Assembly: GCA_048941185.1 (NCBI GenBank)
Contig: JBHLNW010000009.1
Span: 5,236 to 69,235 of the forward strand
From: Promethearchaeota archaeon
Lineage (GTDB): Archaea; Asgardarchaeota; Lokiarchaeia; Sigyniarchaeales; SOKP01
Reading direction: 5' to 3'
Length of the DNA: 64,000 nucleotides
The position numbers and the translations under genes were made by a program. Position 1 is the stretch's first letter; each line of letters opens with the position of its first letter. Of this stretch, positions 8,091 to 16,816 are shown piece by piece. The notes beneath the pieces are model-generated. The model saw nothing but the letters and a program-made list of their open reading frames with translations, made no database searches and was not told the origin of the DNA.

Positions 8091-8993
8091 ATGTCTCAGA
8101 CAGTTGCTGCATTTCAGCGGTGCCCTAGATGTGGAAATGAGAATGCAGCTGATAGTTACGCTTGTAATTTCTGTGGGCTTAGATTAAAAATAGAAAGAAT
8201 TGAAAAAATTAGGTTTTTTAGGAGATATGAAGCAGAATGGACTGGACCATATCGTTGGTATATGAAGATTTTTTATCTTTTTGTTAATGCTCCTAGAGCT
8301 TTTCATGACATCAATCATAAAAGAAGTAAAGCTCCTGGATGGCTAATTTTATTATTTTGCTCTTTATTATATGGATTAATGGGTTTAGCGTTCTTTTCAC
8401 ATGTTAATTTTGCTGGCAATCCACCCTTTTCTCTTGGTCATTTTTTATATGGTGCTAGTTTTTTTAGTGCCTTTTTTATTTTTGGATTTTGTTTTCAATT
8501 AATTTTCTTTTGGTTTTTAATATGGTTATTTGGTAAGGGAGCTAATTATGCTGTGGGGTTCACAGATAAGTTAGAAACCCGTTTTGGAGGATTAAAAGAA
8601 CAAAAAGAAAAATATAAAGAAACAGATGTAAGTCCATTTAGCATATATAAAGGTGGTACTATGCTACAATTAGAAGGAGCATATAAATTTAGAATGATGT
8701 TATGTGCGTTTACACCATTTTTGGTTATAAATGCTATTAAGAGTTTGGTTATACTTTTAGGATTTCCAACTGTAGATGCAATTAATATTGATCTAATATT
8801 CGATGCACCAACTTGGGTGACTTTAGATATAATCGATGCATTAACTTTGGCCACATGGGTACCTATTTTAATGACTCTTGCTATAAGAGAACTAAGTAAT
8901 TCTTCTACCACCCGTGTATTAATCCCTAATATCATTATTGGTGTAATAGTGGCCATTTTATTCTATTTCCTACGCCCAACATTATTTGGTTAA
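8091..8993 (+). CDS. zinc-ribbon membrane protein, possibly Yip1-like
   Basis: N-terminal CPRCGNENAADSYACNFCG zinc ribbon followed by 5-6 hydrophobic helices. The FVNAPRAFHDI segment before TM1 resembles Yip1-domain proteins (weak). Confidence 0.55.
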   Translation: MSQTVAAFQRCPRCGNENAADSYACNFCGLRLKIERIEKIRFFRRYEAEWTGPYRWYMKIFYLFVNAPRAFHDINHKRSKAPGWLILLFCSLLYGLMGLAFFSHVNFAGNPPFSLGHFLYGASFFSAFFIFGFCFQLIFFWFLIWLFGKGANYAVGFTDKLETRFGGLKEQKEKYKETDVSPFSIYKGGTMLQLEGAYKFRMMLCAFTPFLVINAIKSLVILLGFPTVDAINIDLIFDAPTWVTLDIIDALTLATWVPILMTLAIRELSNSSTTRVLIPNIIIGVIVAILFYFLRPTLFG

Positions 8994-9057
8994 ATTTATT
9001 AGCTCTCAACCCAAATGTAATATAAAAATTCTTTTTTTTTAATTATACAAATTTGAC

Positions 9058-9678
9058 ATGAATGAAGATTTTAATAATCCTGAGATTGAATCGAATATTG
9101 AATCTGAACTATTTGCATTAGTTAAATCCATAACAAATTTAAATATTAAATATCAAAACGGAATAGTTAATCAAAATTTCTTCAAAAAGGCATTAAAAAC
9201 AACCATGATTAACTTATTGAAGATTAATTTTACCTTAAAGGAAAATAAGCTTCATCTACCAGATCTCCTTGCTAGAATGGACCTAACGCAAGAGTATAAC
9301 TCCGCTATCGATATTATAAATCGAGTTTCATCACTTAGTCTATCTGATAAAGATATGGCAACAAAAAACCGTACCTTTTTAGAATTACCTGGAATTACTT
9401 CCAAAATAACAACGTCTTTTATCACCCTTATGGATGCGTTAACTTTGGATGGGTTACCAAAAAACGATCTAATTTTGAATTTATTTGAAGAGTTAATTTA
9501 TGATTTAGGTAAATTTCCAGGATTAGATAATATTCAATCTAGAGTTAAATCAGTTCAAACTAATGCCATTAATCAAGATGACCGAATATTTTCTAATGAA
9601 ACATTAAGAGAAAAATTAATAGAAGATTTATACCAAATTTTCAAACAATTTCAAAATAAACTAAATCTGAAATCATAG
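9058..9678 (+). CDS. vps28: Vps28 homologue (ESCRT-I subunit-like)
   Basis: Collinear by-eye matches to eukaryotic VPS28: ELFALVKSITNL vs ELFAVVKTMQAL; SFITLMDALTL vs LFITVMDKLRL; NLFEELIYDLGKFPGL vs DLRELMETMHRMSHLP; LREKLIEDLYQIFKQFQNKL vs VRQMLFDLESAYNAFNRFL. Similar length (206 vs ~221 aa). Confidence 0.75.
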   Translation: MNEDFNNPEIESNIESELFALVKSITNLNIKYQNGIVNQNFFKKALKTTMINLLKINFTLKENKLHLPDLLARMDLTQEYNSAIDIINRVSSLSLSDKDMATKNRTFLELPGITSKITTSFITLMDALTLDGLPKNDLILNLFEELIYDLGKFPGLDNIQSRVKSVQTNAINQDDRIFSNETLREKLIEDLYQIFKQFQNKLNLKS

Positions 9679-9767
9679 TTAAAATAATAAAATTAATATT
9701 TTTCCGGTAATTTAATTCATTAAATTTTAATAATTATTATCAAACTGAAAAATTAAAGGTAATTACA

Positions 9768-10046
9768 ATTCCACGTCCAAGTTTACGTTCCAAGGCTCAA
9801 GCAAGAAAAACTATCAGCACACCAGGGAACAGAAATGTCACCCATTATTGGAGAAAAAAACCCAAAAGAGCAAAATGTTCAATATGCAAAAAACCAATCC
9901 AGTCTGTTCCTAGATTAAGACCTTCTAAAATGACTAAAACTCATCACACTGCGAGAAGGGCAAATAGAATGCAAAGTGGTAGATATTGTGCAAAATGTCT
10001 TCAAACCTTAATAAAAGAAACTGTTTGGAGCCAAAAAATATCTTAA
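9768..10046 (+). CDS. rpl34e: ribosomal protein eL34, apparently ATT-initiated
   Basis: Not in the ORF track. The frame is open from 9711 and translates to (I)PRPSLRSKAQARKTISTPGNRNVTHYWRKKPKRAKCSICKKPIQSVPRLRP...RYCAKCL, a typical eL34. There is no ATG/GTG/TTG between the upstream stop (9708) and the conserved PRP. ATT at 9768 sits 7 nt after aaaGGTaa. Confidence 0.8.
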   Translation: MPRPSLRSKAQARKTISTPGNRNVTHYWRKKPKRAKCSICKKPIQSVPRLRPSKMTKTHHTARRANRMQSGRYCAKCLQTLIKETVWSQKIS

Positions 10047-10143
10047 ATTATCATTATATTTATTAATTTATTTTTAATAGTAAAAATCATAAATATCTCC
10101 ATTCTTAATTGAATTAGATTTGATTTTAAAATATTAATAAAAA

Positions 10144-10683
10144 ATGATCATAACAATTTCAGGACTTCACGGGACAGGTAAATCTACTATAGCTAAATTA
10201 ATTGCTAAAAAACTAAAAATCCAGTATTACAGTACTGGCCAAGTTTTTAGAGATCTAGCTCAGGAAATGAATCAGACTTTAGAAGAATTTACCCATTATG
10301 TAGAAAAAAACCCTAATATTGATGAAAAATTAGATAAAAAAATAATTGAAATTGCTCAAGGGGGAAATATTATTATAGATAGCCAATTAAGTGGATACAT
10401 CCTCAAGAATATAGCAGATTTCAAGATATTATTAATATGTTCCCTAGAAACTAGAGTTAAACGAATTTCAGAAAGAGATAACAGTACTTATGAAGAAAAA
10501 TTAAAAGAGACTATATTAAGAGAAAGATCGGAATTAGAGAGATTTAAACGTCTTTATGATATCGATTTAAATAATCAAGAGGAATTAAGCCTAATTTATG
10601 ACCTTATAATTGATACAGAAAATCTAACAGTAGAAGAAATTTTAGAAATAGTTCTTTCTAATTTAGAAAAAGTAGAAGTATAA
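10144..10683 (+). CDS. cmk: cytidylate kinase, archaeal type
   Basis: P-loop ISGLHGTGKST, 179 aa, and the position next to rpl34e typical of the archaeal eL34-cmk-eL14 string. Confidence 0.8.
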   Translation: MIITISGLHGTGKSTIAKLIAKKLKIQYYSTGQVFRDLAQEMNQTLEEFTHYVEKNPNIDEKLDKKIIEIAQGGNIIIDSQLSGYILKNIADFKILLICSLETRVKRISERDNSTYEEKLKETILRERSELERFKRLYDIDLNNQEELSLIYDLIIDTENLTVEEILEIVLSNLEKVEV

Positions 10684-10703
10684 CTCTTTTTTTATATAAT
10701 TGT

Positions 10704-10934
10704 ATGAATATATTTGCAACGTTAAAAATAACAAATCCTATTATTCCTAAAGCTATTAATATATGCCCTAAGTGTAATAAAAGAAGTAAAATAAATCAAG
10801 AAAAAAATATGAACAAAGATGAGATAGTTCACTGGTTTACTATCTTCATCAATAGAAATAAGGATCATCTCATATTAGACTGGCTTAGAGGACAAAAGCT
10901 ACCATTTGAAGTCATTTATGGAATGAGAAAATAA
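10704..10934 (+). CDS. hypothetical small protein (76 aa), doubtful
   Basis: ORF only. It has a single CPKC knuckle and no other support. Confidence 0.25.
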   Translation: MNIFATLKITNPIIPKAINICPKCNKRSKINQEKNMNKDEIVHWFTIFINRNKDHLILDWLRGQKLPFEVIYGMRK

Positions 10935-11088
10935 TAATGTAATTTTTTTTTCCAATCTAAACCTAATCAGCAACTTTTATTTCAATTGATTAATCTAGAT
11001 TTTTATTGACAAATAAGTATAAATATTAGTCTTAGATCATAGTATTTCAACTAATAATAAAATATGATAAATTTTTGATAAAAATAAA

Positions 11089-13338
11089 ATGAAATCAAGT
11101 GTAAAATCAAAAATAAAAATTTTAACCATTTTAGGAACCTTTTTCGCTTTCTCACCAATAATTACCACTAATCTTACTTTTATTACGGGTAATAGCATCA
11201 AAAGTTCGGAATATAGTGATGATATTAATTTAGATAATAAAAATCTACAAATCTCAGCAGTTTCGGGAAAGATTCATATTAGCGGTAATTCTGGTTGGAT
11301 TGATTTTAGAAATACGGGAAATTGCATAGGTCAAGGCACCTGTTCCGATCCTTATGTCATCGAAGATTTGGTAATAGATGGCAGAGGTTCAGGAAGTTGT
11401 ATCTTGATTGAATTCTCGAATGTGTATTTTAGGATTGAAAATTGTACGCTTTATAATTCCGGTTCAGGGCTATATAATGCAGGAATCAAATTAAGAAGCG
11501 TTTTAAATGGTACATTAATAAATAACGACTGTTCCACTAATAATGGTGTTGGGATAGGTTTACTGCAAAGTCAAAACATTACCATCGTTGGAAACATAGT
11601 AAACAATAATGATAATTTTGGTTTGTTTTTAGAAGTGAGTCATAATAATATTCTTTCAGAAAACACATTAAATGAGAATTCGGACGGGATTTACCTAGGT
11701 TTAAGCAATAAAAACACTATTTTGAATAACTCTGCTTCCAATAATGATTGGCAAGGGATTTATTTATCCTCTTCAAGTAATAACAATACTATAATGAACA
11801 ACTATGTTTCCTATAACAGCGACAATGGAATACACATATCTGATAGTCATGATATTAAAATTGTAGGAAATATCGCAAATCATAACAACTGGAATGGAAT
11901 ACTTATATGGGAAAGCAATAATAATACTATTTCGGGAAATAGTGCAAGCTATAACACTTTTGCGGGATTATATTTATGGAAAAGTAAAAAAAATATCATC
12001 GTAATGAACACAATTTCAAGTAATATTTATGGTATTTATTCAGATAATTCAAAATGTAATGAGGTTTCAGGTAACTTTTTTAGTGGAAATGGCGAGGATA
12101 TTTATGGTAATCCAGAAAGTTGCCCTTCTCATGAATTTCCTCTTGAAATTGTAATAATAATCTTATTGATTCTCTTTGTTATTATAATGGTTATAGGTGG
12201 GATGCTAATAATAAGAAAGAGAAGAATACCTAGAAAGCAAGTTATTTCAGATAGAAAATTGGGTGTAAGGTTAAAAGCGACTGAGATTGATACAAGAGAA
12301 AAGAAACGAAAGGTTGAAATTGAACCAGAACCAATTGTTCAATTGGAAATAGAAGAAGGAATAGTACATATTCCCCCGCTGGAAGTAGTGGAAGAAGTAG
12401 CTATCGAAAAAGTAATAATAGGCAAAGTTGCTAGGATAGAAAAAACTATTATTCCTGTTCAAACTTTTGAAGGCCATGGAAAGGGTATAAGCTCAGTGGT
12501 GTTCTCTCCTGATGGGAAATATGTTGTAAGTGCTTCAAACGACAAAACTATAAAAATATGGGAAACAACCTCAGGTAAGCTCATAAAAACGCTCGAGGGA
12601 CATAAAAAATATGTAACTTCAATTGCCATCTCTCCTGATGGAAAATACATAGTGAGTGGCTCGAACGATAGAACTGTAAAAGTCTGGGAATTTTCCACAG
12701 GAGCGTTAATCCGAACACTCGAAGGCCATAATTGGTACGTTACCGCCATAGCTGTTTCTCCTGATGGTAAATATATTGTCAGCGGTTCTTTTGATAAAGA
12801 TATTAGAGTATGGGATACAAATACCGGCGATATCGTAAGGACACTCGAGGGACACCAAAAAGAGGTACGTTCAGTTGCCATCTCTCCTGAGGGTGAATAT
12901 ATAGCTAGTGTCTCGGGTGACAGAACTCTAAAAGTCTGGAGTCTTGAGACTGGTCAGATTGTTAGAAGTATTGATGCTCACAAAAGACAAATAAATTCAG
13001 TTGTGTTTTCTCCTGATGGGAAACATGTCGTTAGTGGTTCGAATGATAAAACTATAAGAGAGTGGGATATTGCAACTGGAAAGCTCATGAGGTCTTTCGA
13101 AGGGCATAATTGGGATGTTTTAACTGTAGCTGTTTCTCTCGATGGTAATTATATGGTCAGTGGTTCATTTGATAAAGAAATTAAAGTGTGGGATTTAGCT
13201 ATTAACGAACTCGTAAGGACACTCGAGGGACATAAAAAATACGTAACTTCAGTTGCCATCTCTCCTGATAGTAAATATATAGTCAGTGGATCGAATGACA
13301 AGATCATAAAAATTTGGGAAGTCTTACAACAGCCATAG
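11089..13338 (+). CDS. receptor-like membrane protein: signal/TM, parallel beta-helix (PbH1) repeats, TM helix, seven WD40 repeats
   Basis: N-terminal hydrophobic KILTILGTFFAFSPIITT. About 22-aa repeats such as NNNDNFGLFLEVSHNNILSENTLNENSDGIYLGLSNKNTILNNSASNNDWQGIYL. TM LEIVIIILLILFVIIMVIGGMLII followed by RKRR. The C-terminus has seven exact 42-aa WD40 units (LEGH..V.S.A.SPDGKY.VSGS.D.T.K.W). Confidence 0.85.
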   Translation: MKSSVKSKIKILTILGTFFAFSPIITTNLTFITGNSIKSSEYSDDINLDNKNLQISAVSGKIHISGNSGWIDFRNTGNCIGQGTCSDPYVIEDLVIDGRGSGSCILIEFSNVYFRIENCTLYNSGSGLYNAGIKLRSVLNGTLINNDCSTNNGVGIGLLQSQNITIVGNIVNNNDNFGLFLEVSHNNILSENTLNENSDGIYLGLSNKNTILNNSASNNDWQGIYLSSSSNNNTIMNNYVSYNSDNGIHISDSHDIKIVGNIANHNNWNGILIWESNNNTISGNSASYNTFAGLYLWKSKKNIIVMNTISSNIYGIYSDNSKCNEVSGNFFSGNGEDIYGNPESCPSHEFPLEIVIIILLILFVIIMVIGGMLIIRKRRIPRKQVISDRKLGVRLKATEIDTREKKRKVEIEPEPIVQLEIEEGIVHIPPLEVVEEVAIEKVIIGKVARIEKTIIPVQTFEGHGKGISSVVFSPDGKYVVSASNDKTIKIWETTSGKLIKTLEGHKKYVTSIAISPDGKYIVSGSNDRTVKVWEFSTGALIRTLEGHNWYVTAIAVSPDGKYIVSGSFDKDIRVWDTNTGDIVRTLEGHQKEVRSVAISPEGEYIASVSGDRTLKVWSLETGQIVRSIDAHKRQINSVVFSPDGKHVVSGSNDKTIREWDIATGKLMRSFEGHNWDVLTVAVSLDGNYMVSGSFDKEIKVWDLAINELVRTLEGHKKYVTSVAISPDSKYIVSGSNDKIIKIWEVLQQP
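12463..13335 (+). repeat. intragenic tandem repeat, 7 x 126 nt (WD40 units)
   Basis: Repeat units are recognisable at DNA level, e.g. ggacataaaaaatatgtaacttcaattgccatctctcctgatgg at ~12600 vs ggacataaaaaatacgtaacttcagttgccatctctcctgatag at ~13230. Confidence 0.85.
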
Positions 13339-13756
13339 ATTTCAATTTGAATAAATTTACTTTTATTTAATTTTCTATTTTTCATAACTTCAATCTGTTG
13401 GTGGAATAAATCTTTCTGTTAAGTTGTAAGTATCTATTTAATTCATATAAAACGGCACTTTTTCTTAATTTGGATTAAAAATGGCTAGAAAAACGTTGAA
13501 AAGAATATATCTCTCTCTCAATTATCCAATATCTCTATTGTGGTAATAATTTAATTCATTCTACTCCATCAGGGATTAATTTTGCGAATGAAAATTTTTT
13601 TAACAGTGAGTATACTCAAATAATTTTATATAAAAAATCGAAAAAATTTTATTTCTATAATTATTTTTAGACTTACTATAAATTATATATTTTTACTGGA
13701 ATTAAAAAAAAGCCAGTAATTAAGTAATAATTAAAAATAATTTGGTGACAAATTAT

Positions 13757-14029
13757 ATGAGTTTATATGATATTGGAAGATTATGCGTAAAGACAATGGG
13801 AAGAGAAGCAGGACATTATTGTGTTATAGTTGATATAATTGATAAAAACTACTTGCTTATTGATGGTTTAAAAGTTCGAAGAAGAAGGGTAAATTATAGA
13901 CATATAGAACCAATCGTAGAAACAATTGAAATTAAAAAAGGAGCTAAACATGAAGAAGTCGCAAATGCAATTAAGAAAGCTAAATTGGATAAGAAAATGA
14001 ATGAATTAGTTTCTATACCAATAAAATAG
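13757..14029 (+). CDS. rpl14e: ribosomal protein eL14
   Basis: MSLYDIGRLCVKTMGREAGHYCVIVDIID...VRRRRVNYRHIEP is a typical eL14 KOW-like sequence. ATG at 13757 lies 9 nt after GGTGA (the ORF track starts at TTG 13742). Confidence 0.85.
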   Translation: MSLYDIGRLCVKTMGREAGHYCVIVDIIDKNYLLIDGLKVRRRRVNYRHIEPIVETIEIKKGAKHEEVANAIKKAKLDKKMNELVSIPIK

Positions 14030-14077
14030 TTTAAATGCATAAAATCCTAAATAATTTTTAATTCCCTAATATTTTTT

Positions 14078-14208
14078 GCAACGGTTGCCTAGCCCGGTAC
14101 GGCGCCGGCTTGGAGCGGAAATATTCCCAGAAAGCCGGTGTGTGAATGCACTCGGGGGTTCAATATATAAGAAATTACTTCTTATAAGAATAAATCCCTC
14201 CCGTTGCG
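14078..14208 (+). tRNA. tRNA-Ser (anticodon GGA) with two introns (37/38 and T-loop)
   Basis: Acceptor GCAACGG/CCGTTGC, discriminator G14208. Anticodon stem CCGGC (14105-09)/GCCGG (14134-38), loop TTGGAG|A with GGA at 14112-14114 and a 17-nt intron at 14116-14132. Long variable arm GTGTGAATGCAC (class II). T stem GGGGG/CCCTC, with the loop TTCAA..AT split by a ~30-nt insert (about 14164-14193) containing hairpin TATAAGAA/TTCTTATA. Confidence 0.8.
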
Positions 14209-14235
14209 TACTTCCCTTAGTTTGAATTATTTATT

Positions 14236-14838
14236 TTAAACATCTGGAAATTCCAAAGATTTTGCTTTTTGGCCAGCAAACATACCACCCATGCCACCCG
14301 AAGCTTGACTTTGAAGTTTGAGGACCCTTTGAACAAGAGTGTTAAAACCTAAAGAACAGAGAAAATACCAAGCTGTAAAATTTATAAAAACATTACCTGC
14401 TGCAATAAAACCGCCTATTAAGGGAATATCATTCGCATTCATTGGAGACAATGCAACTGGTTTACCAGCTAAAAGTGTATTCACAATCCCAAAGATAATA
14501 ATCATTGGCAGAAAAGTTATGCACGTTGGTTTCATTCTCTGGAGAGACATTCTTTGCTGTGATTGTTTAAACATACCTTGCTTACGTTCCCATCTTTTTC
14601 GAGCCTTTCTATATCGTTCAGGGTCAACCTCCGCTAGCCCTATTATTTTTTCTTTTTCTTCCTCATGAGATTTAATTTGTTTTTGCTTTCGGTTTATTTC
14701 CTCAGTATCTACTAATAACTTAGTTAAAGCTGCACTAATTAATGCTGTTGTTAAAGCTAAGAGTATAACGAATAACATTGAGCCTGGAGGTTTAGTAATA
14801 AAATCTAAGAAGGCATTTTGAAAGATTAATAACAACAT
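14236..14838 (-). CDS. DUF106 membrane protein (archaeal YidC/Oxa1/EMC3-type insertase homologue)
   Basis: 200 aa. TM1, then a charged coiled region (EEINRKQKQIKSHEEEKEK...RKARKRWERKQ), then two more TMs and a Gly/Met-rich tail. This topology and the position next to secY are typical of the Mj0480-like family. Confidence 0.65.
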   Translation of the reverse strand: MLLLIFQNAFLDFITKPPGSMLFVILLALTTALISAALTKLLVDTEEINRKQKQIKSHEEEKEKIIGLAEVDPERYRKARKRWERKQGMFKQSQQRMSLQRMKPTCITFLPMIIIFGIVNTLLAGKPVALSPMNANDIPLIGGFIAAGNVFINFTAWYFLCSLGFNTLVQRVLKLQSQASGGMGGMFAGQKAKSLEFPDV

Positions 14839-15017
14839 CTCTATATTTATTTATTTTTAAATTATTATAAAGTTTTCATATGGTTAAAAAATTAATTATT
14901 AGAAAATAAGATTATAATATCTTATTGGCTAATTATACTAGACTAAAGTTAAGTAAAAACTCACCATTAACTTTGACTGGTTTTACAGATTTTTTGTTTA
15001 CCCATAAGAAGTTTATC

Positions 15018-16520
15018 CTAATCCATTCCAAGCAATGCTCTCATACCGGGATACTGACTTGCAGCGAGTTCTTTAGCGAGAGTCTCCCCATATTGGTGGA
15101 TAATCCCTATAGCTATTAATAACCCAGTCCCAGAAGTCAATGCACCCAAAGTATCTGCTCCAAAACTCAAACATGCTATAATAAATCCGTTTAAGACGAT
15201 TAATGTTGGTATATATCGTTTTAATATTCGTTCAATTATTTTTGCGGAGCTTCTAAATCCCGGGACTTGCATTTTTGAGTCTATAATTTGTTGAGCGATA
15301 TCACGCGGAGCTAATCCTGAAACTTCAACCCAGACACGGCCGAGTATTATGCACAAAAATATAAATATCACTAAGTAAATAACTCCCCTCAACGGATTTG
15401 CTGCGAAATCTGCTAGACCTATTGGTGGTGTAAGTAAATATATTAATCCTCCTGTCGGAATAAGTTGAGTTCCTTGAATTCCTCCACTTTCGACTTCATC
15501 AAACATTCCTATAATATTAACCCAGAAATCTGGGATAGGTCCACCGTTATCTTGACGTAGCCAAGATTCAGGTCCAGCAAATAATTGGCCAAAAAATAGA
15601 ATATTCGCATACAATGCATTGACTAAAATAACAGGAATGTTGGAAACATAGAGTAATTTCATTGGGTATTTACTTTTAAAGCCTCTACTGCCTCGATATG
15701 CAAGTGGTATCTCAACACGAGTTGATTCAAACCAAATCACGATCAGGAAGATAGCTATAGTAGTAATTATCCCTAATAATGATGGATAAGTGCCTCCAGG
15801 AAAAGTCCGGGAAAATAATGTCCCCAATTGTCCCAGCGTGTCAGGATTATTATCAAATAATGCCCAAAAAAAGGCTATAACAATCCCTTTTGGTAATCCA
15901 TCTCCTTCACCTATAGCACTAGGCGTAGGAGCGAAACTAAAGGCATTCCAAAAGATTTGTCCAGCGACGCCAGCAGCTATGAATAAGGATACACCACTTC
16001 CAAGCCCCCAACCCTTCTGAAGAACTTCATCTAGCAATATAATAATTATTCCTGCAAATAGTAATTGGAAAAAAACAAAAACTCCATTTGCAAGTCCTAA
16101 CGAACCAAATGCCCCTCCGAAAATATAAGCTATAGAGTTGAATATTGTTAAAAATATGGCAAGGACTTTTTGAGCTCCACTAAACATTGCTCTATCATAT
16201 GGATCTGCCATATTGACATTAATTAATCGTGATCCAAGAAGTAATTGCATAATAAGGCCCGAGGTGACTATTGGCCCTATACCTAATTCTGTTAACATCC
16301 CCCTCTCACTAGCAAGAATAACTCTCAACCAATAAAAATAGTCTGTTGATTCATCAAGTTGTATTCCATAGAGCGGAATTTTACTCATAACTAGGTAAAT
16401 AATTAAGACTATTACAGTCCAGATCAATTTCTCTTTAAAAGAAACTTCGCGCTGCGGTTGTTTAACTTCCGGTATTGCCTTTACAAACGGAGAGAAGAAT
16501 CTAAGGAACTTTCCAGCCAT
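15018..16520 (-). CDS. secY: preprotein translocase subunit SecY (Sec61 alpha)
   Basis: 500 aa, 10-TM pattern. N-terminal FVKAIPEVKQPQREVSFKEKLIWT, LGIGPIVTSGLIMQLL and LYVSNIPVIL motifs characteristic of archaeal SecY. Confidence 0.9.
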   Translation of the reverse strand: MAGKFLRFFSPFVKAIPEVKQPQREVSFKEKLIWTVIVLIIYLVMSKIPLYGIQLDESTDYFYWLRVILASERGMLTELGIGPIVTSGLIMQLLLGSRLINVNMADPYDRAMFSGAQKVLAIFLTIFNSIAYIFGGAFGSLGLANGVFVFFQLLFAGIIIILLDEVLQKGWGLGSGVSLFIAAGVAGQIFWNAFSFAPTPSAIGEGDGLPKGIVIAFFWALFDNNPDTLGQLGTLFSRTFPGGTYPSLLGIITTIAIFLIVIWFESTRVEIPLAYRGSRGFKSKYPMKLLYVSNIPVILVNALYANILFFGQLFAGPESWLRQDNGGPIPDFWVNIIGMFDEVESGGIQGTQLIPTGGLIYLLTPPIGLADFAANPLRGVIYLVIFIFLCIILGRVWVEVSGLAPRDIAQQIIDSKMQVPGFRSSAKIIERILKRYIPTLIVLNGFIIACLSFGADTLGALTSGTGLLIAIGIIHQYGETLAKELAASQYPGMRALLGMD

Positions 16521-16816
16521 TCTTAATCAAAAATGCTAATCTTTTCGATATTAATATTATATATCTTCTTGAAATATTTTAAAATTTTAAAATTCGAGAT
16601 GTAATTTAAAAAAAAAATAATTTTAAAAAAAGTTTGTGATTCAAAGTGGTATTTGATATGATAATGAACAACTTGTCATAAAAATAAAAAAAGCAAATAA
16701 AAATATTTAAATATTTTTTTGGGTAAAACCGAAATTAAAATAATTAAGTTAGTAATCAAACTAATTCAATATCTTTTTTCCTCGCTTTAAACCAATTATT
16801 AATTTATCTGATGGAT

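Noticed and set aside
8546-8956. 136-aa minus-strand ORF inside the zinc-ribbon membrane protein gene
   Set aside because: The sense strand has a zinc ribbon plus a coherent TM pattern, whereas the antisense ORF has no features.
12459-12881. 140-aa minus-strand ORF, along with 12271-12477 and 13149-13385, inside the WD40 region
   Set aside because: These are antisense to a gene with seven clear WD40 units. The repetitive sense strand produces long antisense open frames by chance, and no motifs are present.
12463-13335. Regular 126-nt periodic repeats as a possible CRISPR-like or satellite array
   Set aside because: The repeats lie in frame inside one long ORF and encode WD40 blades. No spacer/repeat alternation or leader is present.
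14339-15119. Plus-strand ORFs 14339-14668 and 14925-15119
   Set aside because: They are antisense to the DUF106 and SecY genes and have no independent support. The same reasoning applies to the other short overlapping ORFs in the track: 1539, 6872, 7285, 7526, 15790, 24025, 28881, 34070, 37189, 37474, 38843, 38923, 40559, 40738, 40800, 44027, 44690, 46952, 48095, 49042, 49924, 52269, 52338, 53228, 53322, 55389, 56365, 60142, 60503, 61876 and 62749.
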